Under the pieces are notes generated by a model that was not told the DNA's origin, did not search any database, and saw only the letters and a program-made list of their open reading frames with translations. Below, in pieces: positions 1 to 7,597 of a stretch of 64,000 nt of DNA; the stretch's first letter is position 1; each line of letters begins with the position of its first letter. A program made the position numbers and the translations under genes. The stretch spans positions 32,001 to 96,000 of the forward strand of contig CAVRCJ010000013.1 of assembly GCA_963719515.1 (NCBI GenBank), in the 5' to 3' direction. The stretch is from an uncultured cyanobacterium (GTDB lineage Bacteria > Cyanobacteriota > Cyanobacteriia > CAKZMO01).

Positions 1-134
1 TTGTGGCATGAACGAACTTCAGGACTCATAACAAATTTCAGGCGTTTGAGCGTAAGGCGTCAGCTGGCGAAGGCAGTGCAGGAGACCGACGACAGCTCGG
101 AAGCCTTGCTTATCTCAAGCATAAGCCTCTGACA

Positions 135-180
135 GATTGTATCGGTACCGGAGAATCTTCTCTAAAATAAAAATCATTCA
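135..180 (-). promoter_or_regulatory. Putative promoter (TACAAT -10) with AT-rich operator-like box; paralog of 4160-4204
   Basis: gattgtatcggtaccggag...aaataaaaatcattca is closely similar to gattgtatcggtgccggag...aaatagaaattattta at 4160; the minus strand has TACAAT in both copies. Confidence 0.55.
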
Positions 181-265
181 GTGGGCCGTTATCAGCACCG
201 CCACTCCCGCTACCGCTAGCATCAGCCCAGCAGGCCACCGATGACGCCCGATATCAGCGATGACT
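178..265 (-). pseudogene. Remnant of a TMEM14-family gene 3' end
   Basis: Minus strand reads PAGLMLAVAGVAVLITAH*, preceded out of frame by SSLISGVIGG; compare PAGLMLAAGVLALVLMTAQ* and PSLIAGVGSG of 5599-5904. Confidence 0.7.
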
Positions 266-286
266 CGCTGCAGAGCCGCCAGCGCT

Positions 287-1107
287 CTAAAATCGGAAGA
301 CAGTTCTCAAATTCACGCCAAAAATCGTACTGTTATCGCTATCGTGCTCTGGATCAAGAATCACCAGCAGCCCAGGAATAAGCTGGATATTGTCGCCAAT
401 GCGATAGCGATAGAAACTCTCCAAGTGCCAAGAGGCATCGGCATCTTCCGGACCGCTGTCATTAATTTAAGCAGATCTCTACCGATAAAACTGGTATCAA
501 AATTGAGGCGGACCCGGTAGTTGAAGGTAACGTTTTCATCTAGATCCTCGCCGCTGTCGCCCGCTCGCTCAGTGCCAAAGAGGCTATTGCCAGAGAGCGA
601 AACGGTTCCCCGTAGCCGGGTCGTGGTGGAGAATTGGTTGGCCTCTAGCTCAGCAGCCTGCGCTTCTAGCGCATTTGTTTCTGCTCTCAGCGCAACTAGC
701 TCGGCGGCAAACTCTTCCTGCAGTCGCTGCAAAATAGTGATGTCTTCCCTAGAAAGGGCCTGAGAGAGGCGATCGCTCACCTGCTGCAAGCAGGCGTTGA
801 GTCCAGCGGCGAATTCGTAGCGACTTATAGCAGCATTCCCCCGAAAGCTGCCGTCTGGGTAGCCCGTGATGCAGCCGTAGCGCTCAGCCAGGGACTGTAG
901 CGCTGCATAGGCCCAATCTGTGGGCCGCACGTCCGAGAGCTGCGAAACGGAGCTGGCTGGCTCTTGGGCATTCTCGAGAATTTGTAAGATCACGCCATCC
1001 GCTGCAGCGGATGGGCTTGGAAGGCAAGCTAGTAGAGCTAGTGCCCCTCCGCTTTTGGTAAGAAGCTTGATGAAGAGGCGGATGCAGCTAGTGTGAGTCG
1101 CGGCCAT
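287..1107 (-). pseudogene. SLH-domain cyanobacterial (OprB-like/iron-uptake) porin with internal deletion and frameshift
   Basis: N-terminus SVSQLSDVRPTDWAY..LAERYGCITGYPDG..NQFSTTTRL..RVRLNFDTSFIGRDLL is joined near 463 to an out-of-frame porin C-terminus WHLESFYRYRIGDNIQLIPG..NLRTVFRF*. Confidence 0.85.
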
Positions 1108-1122
1108 AAGTCGTTGGAGCAG

Positions 1123-1514
1123 GTGACATCCTCCCGACGCTGACAGCAAGCTGTACAGCGCGGGCTTCCTCAGTGACTCCCAGCTATTGCCGAGACATAT
1201 CCTGAGATAGGTTTATACTCCGCCTGATGCCCCACGGCAGAGTTTTGAATTTTCATCTCCGCGAGGGAGGATACGCACTATGTGTCGCAGATACATTTGC
1301 AAACTGAGGAACGGGTGACTTGCAGCTTTCGCCTACGGGCCCGTCACACTCTTTGCGGGGTGTATCACCTTGCTATCTCTATCATACCAACTGCTAGCCT
1401 CAGCGCTGAGCGCACTATCCGCTGTGCATCATTTTGCGGGCGCACTTCGGCTAGCGCGACTCTCATCCCGACGCTCACCCTGACGGGTAGAGCGCGGGGC
1501 TTCTCGTCTAGTCG
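1123..1514 (-). mobile_element. Non-autonomous IS200/IS605 derivative (392 bp) related to the element at 27892
   Basis: Both subterminal hairpins CCCG-CGCT..AGCG-T-CGGG present; right end TCAC; left flank TTAG; retains tnpB tail (AVGHQA..SAIAGSH*-like); tggTATGAT -10. Confidence 0.85.
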
Positions 1515-1677
1515 CTAAATCGTTCATATGAATGCGCTCCAAATATTAGTCGTAGATTAAAATCCTGTCAAAAGACAGGCTGTCAAACCCAGCCAATGGG
1601 CTCGATATTGCCGCAGGACCATCTATTGCCGCAGGACTATCTAAGGGCCTAGAGCGCATCTTGGAGACATTAAGACA

Positions 1678-2856
1678 TCACTCCGCTGCCTCGGATGGAT
1701 CGCTAAAGGCAGGGTTTTGGACAAACGTTTCGTCTGTGAGACTGTGTAGAAACGCCAGCACATCTGCCCGTTCCGCGTCCGTTAGCTTAAAGCCCACTAC
1801 AAAGATGCTCTTCAGAGGACTCTCGCTGCCCACGCCAGCATATTCACCCTCAGAGATGGTGCGGCCCGCAGCAGCGTAGTGATCGAGGGCCTCTTCCAGC
1901 GTGGCGACGCTGCCATCGTGCATGTACGGAGCCGTGAGGGCAATGTTGCGTAACGTGGGTGCCTTAAAGTGACCCATGTCCTCCGGGTGCTGGGTAATCT
2001 CCTGGACGCCAGTATTGTTGGGTGGGTAGGCGCCGCTGCCGTCGATGTTGTAGAGGCCGGTGTTGTGGAAGGCGATCTCTTGGAACGCTAGCCGCTCATG
2101 GACCGTCGAATCGGAAAAGTTGAACCCGCTGTGGCAGTGGAAGCACTCTAGCCGCTCGCTGTTGAACAGCGCCTCGCCTCGCTTAGCTGAAGCCGAGATA
2201 GCGTTGGGGTCACGGCCATAACGATAGCGATCGTAGGGCGAACTGGCCGAGATCAGCGTGCGCTCAAAGCTGGCGATCGCCTGGGTCAAGTTTCGAATAC
2301 TGATTTGGTCCGCTGCCGGGTCCTCTGCAAACGCTGCGGCAAATTGCTCTGCGTAGCGCGGGTCCTCTCCCAGCATTGTCAGAATGTCCTGCTCACGCCC
2401 CACCATGCCCATTTCCGTTGGGTGCTCTCCAAAAATAGGCACCAGCATCTGAGATTCTAGGTCTCGCATCAGCGGATTGGCCCAGGTAAGCACCGAGCTG
2501 TAGGCCACGTTGGTCAGGCTCATAGCGTTGCGGGGATGGTGCTCCTCGGTTGCACCCACGCTGACTCGCTTACCGTCGGTAAATGCCAGGGACTGCAGGT
2601 GGCAGGTAGCGCAGGAAAACTCGCCAGTAGAAGAGAGCTGCGGCTCATAGAACAAGCACCGCCCCAGCTCTACCTTTGCCGCTGACATAGGATTATCTTC
2701 AGGGACAACCGGCTTAGGTAGCCAATCCGGAATATCCCAAGAGTAATCGGTTACTGAGAGCGCTGGCGGCTCGGCAGCCACGACATTGCTCAGCATGACT
2801 GCCAGCCCAAAAGTCAGCAGCCCAGTTACGAGGTAAGATAGCCCGCGTTTCAGCAC
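1678..2856 (-). CDS. mbnH: Di-heme cytochrome c peroxidase-like enzyme, MbnH/MauG family
   Basis: Two CxxCH motifs (CATCH, CFHCH), FKAPTLRNIALTAPYMHDGS, signal peptide; directly downstream of an mbnP-like gene. Confidence 0.8.
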   Translation of the reverse strand: MLKRGLSYLVTGLLTFGLAVMLSNVVAAEPPALSVTDYSWDIPDWLPKPVVPEDNPMSAAKVELGRCLFYEPQLSSTGEFSCATCHLQSLAFTDGKRVSVGATEEHHPRNAMSLTNVAYSSVLTWANPLMRDLESQMLVPIFGEHPTEMGMVGREQDILTMLGEDPRYAEQFAAAFAEDPAADQISIRNLTQAIASFERTLISASSPYDRYRYGRDPNAISASAKRGEALFNSERLECFHCHSGFNFSDSTVHERLAFQEIAFHNTGLYNIDGSGAYPPNNTGVQEITQHPEDMGHFKAPTLRNIALTAPYMHDGSVATLEEALDHYAAAGRTISEGEYAGVGSESPLKSIFVVGFKLTDAERADVLAFLHSLTDETFVQNPAFSDPSEAAE

Positions 2857-2859
2857 AGC

Positions 2860-3840
2860 TTACTCCATGCGAAAGAACGTTTGACCAGAGGACGGTCTCT
2901 CGGCGTGAGAGAGCCCAAAGTTGTTGAGAATTCCCCTACAATCGGCATCTTCTGGGGAAGACATGCAGCCTAGGGGGGTATCGGCTTCATTCTGGGTCAA
3001 ATCATTTTCTGAGACCAAGGCCTCCACATCAGCCACAATGACGTTTTGGCTGGGGTCAAACCCGGTGAACATGAACCGCGAGCGGTTGGGCTGGTTGCAC
3101 AGCGTCGGTTGAAGGCTGTCGCCTTCGATCTGGCAGCCGGTACTGCCCAGGTGGATGAGAAAGCCCTGCGCCATAGTGTGGCCTTGTCCACCAGCATGAT
3201 GACCGTCGCCGTGGGTGCCATGTTCCTGACCGTGCCCCGCCGCAATTTCTGTGGAGGATAGGCTGCGCACCTGCGGCCCTACCGAAGTCGGCAAGCTAGT
3301 GCTCATCACTTCGTTCTCTAAGTCGATGCGGACAAACTTATAGCCCCCCGCCCAGTTCCACCACATGGAGGACACATTGAGGGGCGAAGGCGCGAGGGTC
3401 ATATCGTCGTGGTTGAGGCTGAAGGGGACGCCCAAGGTGAATGTGACGCCAGTGTAATTACCGGGCGGGACCGTACCGACCACTGCGGTGCGGGTTTCTG
3501 GGGTGCCGTTGCTGCAGTCGCCGGTTTGGTCTTCAAAATCTAGCAGGGCGACGGATTCATGCTGCCAGACGCCGTCTTGCTCCAGCATCACGGGAACAAC
3601 GCTGCCACTTTCGTCAATCAGCGCCACGTCCGAGATATAGAAACGGAAGTCGGTGGGGGTAACGGTGGCGCTGCTGGTTCCCAGCCCAGAGTAGCTAGAG
3701 CCGCAGGTGAACATTTCATCGCCTACCATTCCCTGAAACTGAATCGTGACGGGTTCATTCGCCTGAGCGGCCTGGCCGGCAACTAAGGGGGCGATCGCCC
3801 CAAGCAGCACAAGTCGAGCAGCCTGAATTAGCTTTGACAT
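2860..3840 (-). CDS. mbnP: MbnP-family copper-binding periplasmic protein with His-rich insert
   Basis: DFRFYISDV, ALLDFED, FTLGVP..LNH, MWWNWAGGYKF, HLGSTGC, GCMS motifs; signal peptide. Confidence 0.8.
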   Translation of the reverse strand: MSKLIQAARLVLLGAIAPLVAGQAAQANEPVTIQFQGMVGDEMFTCGSSYSGLGTSSATVTPTDFRFYISDVALIDESGSVVPVMLEQDGVWQHESVALLDFEDQTGDCSNGTPETRTAVVGTVPPGNYTGVTFTLGVPFSLNHDDMTLAPSPLNVSSMWWNWAGGYKFVRIDLENEVMSTSLPTSVGPQVRSLSSTEIAAGHGQEHGTHGDGHHAGGQGHTMAQGFLIHLGSTGCQIEGDSLQPTLCNQPNRSRFMFTGFDPSQNVIVADVEALVSENDLTQNEADTPLGCMSSPEDADCRGILNNFGLSHAERPSSGQTFFRME

Positions 3841-4159
3841 AAGGACTTAAGAGTTAGCTTGTAGGGACAGGGAATCGGAACCGCGCTGGTCGACGACTTC
3901 CCTTGGCGGACATAATCCGAAGCTGGGCTAGGAAGCCATGGCGATGACGAACCGCAAAAGCAGGGTTTTTCCAATACTCTCCTGTAAGTGGAGAGTGCAA
4001 ACCTTCCTGCTAGGGTAGAGTATTCTTCCTGATTATGACAAGCCTTGTTGAGGGATCGCGGTTTGCAGGGCACCTCGTAGAGGTAGCGCCCGACGGCCCC
4101 TCAAAAAATGTCGCTATTCTAACGATGGTTCTGCCCGAAGCGTTTTCTGCCTATTTACG

Positions 4160-4204
4160 GATTGTATCGGTGCCGGAGCTTCTCTGGAAATAGAAATTAT
4201 TTAA
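4160..4204 (-). promoter_or_regulatory. Putative promoter of the mbnP-mbnH-porin operon
   Basis: TACAAT -10 on the minus strand; sequence conserved with 135-180. Confidence 0.5.
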
Positions 4205-5602
4205 CTGGTAGACGGGAAGTCCCGCGCTGTATGCGCAGCATCAGCGTCGGGATGAAAGGCGCGTGAGCCGTAGGCGAATAATTAAGGAGCGGCGCACTAC
4301 TCCTTAACAAGGCTATAATCGAAGTGTGTTGACCTTGAACTACTCCTACAGAATTTATCCGTCTGTTGAGCAGGAAGCCCGTATGGTCTGTTGGCTTGAG
4401 ACCTGTCGCGGCGTCTATAACTATGCGTTGCGCGAACGCAAGGACTGGGTAAAGTCGAGAAGCTGCGTAGCTAATGCCTGCTCGCTTCAGTCGGAGTACA
4501 TCATTGCGGCGGACGCGCCATATCCTGACTATTACAAACAGCAAAATGCGCTGACTGCGGCTAAGAAGATATTTCCTCACCTGAAGGACGTGCAGTCTCA
4601 GGTGCTTCAAGAGCCTATTCGCAGGGTAGAGGCAGCATTTGCTGCGAGGAAGGAGAGAGGTCACGGTTTTCCCCGCTTCAAGAAGTTTGGGCAGTACCGC
4701 TCGTTCCTCTTTCCGCAGTTCAAGGAAAACCCGGTGACGGGTAGCCAAATCAAGTTGCCTAAGCTGGGCACGATGCGCATCGTTCTGCACCGACCTATCC
4801 CTGATGGATTCAAAGTAAAGACGGTGCGCATAATCAAAAAGCATTCAGGGTGGTACGCTACCGCGAGTATTCAAGCTGATGTCAATGTTCCTGATGCCAT
4901 CCCTGCTGGGGACAGCATTGGTATTGATGTCGGGCTTGAGTATTTCCTGTCCACTTCCAACGGTTTGCAGGTAGAGCGCCCGCGCTTTTTCGGTAAGCTG
5001 CACCGCAAGCTTAAATTGCTGCAACGCAGGCTGAAGAATAAGCAGCGGGGCTCGAATAACCGCGCCAAGCTGATTGGAAGAATTGGACGGGTACATGAGC
5101 AGATAGCAGCTTGCCGCCTTGACTGGCAATTCAAGCTGGCCCACAAGCTGTGTGACCAAGCCCAGATCATCTTCGTAGAAGACCTTGACCTTCGCATCAT
5201 GGCGAAAGGGATGCTGGGTAAACACACTCTTGATGCTGGCTTGGGGCAGTTCATAAACCAGGTCTTGCCGTGGGTGTGCTTCAAGCGCGGCGTCTATTAC
5301 GGCAAGGTTGACGCTTATGGTACTTCTCAGGAGTGCCCTGACTGCGGCGCTGTGGTCAAAAAATCGTTGGGCGATCGCGTTCATCGGTGTCATGAGTGTG
5401 GGTCGCTCAAGCCGAGAGATATTGCCGCTGCTCAAGTCATCAACGCCCGTGGAATTTCGGGTACTCAAATTGCCTGTGGAGTCGAGGTAGCGGGGATGTG
5501 GGAAGCCATATCTAGCCAACTGGCTGCGAAGCAGGAAGCTCATCGGGTGACCGATGAAGCCCGCGCTCTATCGCATCAGCGATGAGCGTCGGGAGTATTC
5601 AC
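4205..5602 (+). mobile_element. IS1341-type (IS200/IS605) element, tnpB only
   Basis: Left-end hairpin follows target TTAA (4201-4204); right-end hairpin ends in TCAC at 5602; TATAAT just before tnpB. Confidence 0.9.
4326..5585 (+). CDS. tnpB: RNA-guided endonuclease TnpB
   Basis: YRIYP N-terminus; RuvC motifs GIDVG, FVEDL, PRD; Zn finger CPDC..CHEC. Confidence 0.92.
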   Translation: MLTLNYSYRIYPSVEQEARMVCWLETCRGVYNYALRERKDWVKSRSCVANACSLQSEYIIAADAPYPDYYKQQNALTAAKKIFPHLKDVQSQVLQEPIRRVEAAFAARKERGHGFPRFKKFGQYRSFLFPQFKENPVTGSQIKLPKLGTMRIVLHRPIPDGFKVKTVRIIKKHSGWYATASIQADVNVPDAIPAGDSIGIDVGLEYFLSTSNGLQVERPRFFGKLHRKLKLLQRRLKNKQRGSNNRAKLIGRIGRVHEQIAACRLDWQFKLAHKLCDQAQIIFVEDLDLRIMAKGMLGKHTLDAGLGQFINQVLPWVCFKRGVYYGKVDAYGTSQECPDCGAVVKKSLGDRVHRCHECGSLKPRDIAAAQVINARGISGTQIACGVEVAGMWEAISSQLAAKQEAHRVTDEARALSHQR

Positions 5603-5904
5603 TGGGCCGTCATTAAGACTAGCGCTAGGACGCCTGCCGCTAGCATCAAGCCGGCGGGCATAAGCTTACGTGTTTTTGCGAGGCGCACCGCAAAGACAAC
5701 AATTAGCACGGCGGTGACAATTGCCGCTAAGATCTGTCCCCAAAGTACGCCGCTCAGCTCAAGAATACCCCCCAGGATCAGCAGCGCGCCGCTGCCCACG
5801 CCCGCTATCAGCGATGGACGACTTCCCGCCTCTTTGTACCCCATGACACCCCCAACAATTGAGAGTATGCCGTAGGCGATCGCCGCCCAGATTCCAATCA
5901 TCAT
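5599..5904 (-). CDS. TMEM14-family small membrane protein
   Basis: YG.LSIVGGVMGY.EAGSRPSLIAG..KLMPAGL; the stop codon now comes from the IS right end. Confidence 0.85.
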   Translation of the reverse strand: MMIGIWAAIAYGILSIVGGVMGYKEAGSRPSLIAGVGSGALLILGGILELSGVLWGQILAAIVTAVLIVVFAVRLAKTRKLMPAGLMLAAGVLALVLMTAQ

Positions 5905-6098
5905 CGTATGACCTCTAGGTTGTGCTGGCTGCTCTTAACGCTAGCGGACTTCGAGGATGGCGTCTAGCCCCTAGGACCAGTGTCCGGTGGCTTGCGGCCG
6001 TAGCCTATACCCGTGCCCCGCCTGTGCAACAAACCATCTCGGAGCCCAATTCTCCGCTACGATGAAGAACGGTCCCTTCACGCCGCTTCCAACCTGCC

Positions 6099-7418
6099 AT
6101 GTCTGCCCGCCCGTCGCTCGATGCCACCACCCTCGTTCAGCGGGCCACCATGCTGCTGCTTTACGCCCCCGTCCTAGAGACTCCCGTTGGGGAGGCCTGG
6201 GGGCACCTGCTTCACCAGCTCTCCTGCCGCGTCCCCAAACTCGAACTGCTGCAGGGCTACAGCCGCTGCTTCACCGCGATCGCCAGCTCTGGCCACGGCT
6301 GGCGCACCTACCTGCTCACCCAAATCCTCTACGCCGATAACCCCTTCACCCGAGCCGCTCAGATCCAATCGGTACCTCAGGGACTGCAGGCAGCAGCGGC
6401 CCACGACTTGGCAATTCTGCAGCAGCTTTATGACGTAGGCGATCGCCTCACGCAGCGGGTGCAGGCGACAACAGACACGACCTTAATCCCGCTGAGCGCT
6501 CTAGAAGATGACTGGGTACCGAATTTTCCTATCGCTGTGCGCCTCCAAGAGACTGCAGACCAGCCTCACCACTGGCCGAAGCTAATCTCTGATCTAACTG
6601 AGCACCACCACCAGCACGGCGTCGGCCAATTTGCCCGCTACCGTGCCTTCCGCTGGGGGCAAGGGCAGCTCCAAGGCATTGCTACCCCCGACCCCATTAC
6701 CCTAGATGACCTAGCGAGCTACGATCACCCGCGCCAGCAGCTGCTGCGCAACACTGAGGCGCTGCTGGCGGGCTACCCAGCGCTCAACGTGCTGCTGTAC
6801 GGCAGCCGCGGCTCTGGAAAGTCTTCTCTCGTGAAGGCGCTTCTGACTGAGTATGGCGATCGCGGTCTGCGGCTCATTGAGGTGCCCAAAGGCGAGCTGA
6901 GCCACCTGCCAAATATTGTGGAGCAGCTGCGACTGCGGCCCCAAAAGTTCATTTTGTTTGTGGATGACCTGTCGTTTGAGGAAGACGACGACGCTTTCAA
7001 AGCCTTGAAAGTGGTGCTAGAGGGCAGCATCACCGCCCGCCCTAAAAACGTTGTGGTCTACGCCACCTCCAATCGCCGCCACCTGATTCGCGAATTTCAC
7101 GACGATCGCCCCCGCCCCCGCGACGCCGAGGAGATTCACCAGTGGGACACGGTGCAGGAGAAGCTGTCCTTCAGCGATCGCTTTGGCCTCACCCTCACCT
7201 TCGAGCCGGCAGACCAAGCCACCTATTTAGGCATTGTGCGTCACCTAGCGCAGCAGGCTGAACTCAAGATTGCGCCTGCAGCGCTGGAGCGCCAAGCCCT
7301 ACGCTGGGCCACTCGCCACAACGGGCGCTCGGGCCGCAGCGCCCGCCAGTTCATCGATGCCCTGCTCGCAGCTCACCAGCTGCAGGGTGGTGGTGAGGTT
7401 ATTCCCGAACTTCTATAG
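6099..7418 (+). CDS. AAA+ ATPase (DUF815 family)
   Basis: Walker A GSRGSGKS, FVDDLSFE, YATSNRRHL, SFSDRFGL, GRSGR. Confidence 0.9.
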   Translation: MSARPSLDATTLVQRATMLLLYAPVLETPVGEAWGHLLHQLSCRVPKLELLQGYSRCFTAIASSGHGWRTYLLTQILYADNPFTRAAQIQSVPQGLQAAAAHDLAILQQLYDVGDRLTQRVQATTDTTLIPLSALEDDWVPNFPIAVRLQETADQPHHWPKLISDLTEHHHQHGVGQFARYRAFRWGQGQLQGIATPDPITLDDLASYDHPRQQLLRNTEALLAGYPALNVLLYGSRGSGKSSLVKALLTEYGDRGLRLIEVPKGELSHLPNIVEQLRLRPQKFILFVDDLSFEEDDDAFKALKVVLEGSITARPKNVVVYATSNRRHLIREFHDDRPRPRDAEEIHQWDTVQEKLSFSDRFGLTLTFEPADQATYLGIVRHLAQQAELKIAPAALERQALRWATRHNGRSGRSARQFIDALLAAHQLQGGGEVIPELL

Positions 7419-7597
7419 AGCGTTCTTGGGCATGCCGTCGACCTATTGATGCAATACGGTTAAAATTCTCCACAATTCCGACCAAGTTACCGGGAGATGA
7501 TCTAGTCTGATATAAATACAATCTCTCATTCCTGCCGCTAATCTCGCTTCGTGCGGGCGGCGCGACCACCCTAAAATCTATCTACCAACTCTAATCC

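Noticed and set aside
1606..1638. Short direct repeats (tattgccgcaggac x2; also atgtcacgactata x2 near 10176 and MRPSD x2 near 47600)
   Set aside because: Two-copy local duplications consistent with replication slippage
4197..5543. Long minus-strand ORFs (215 and 232 aa)
   Set aside because: Antisense shadows of tnpB with no recognisable motifs
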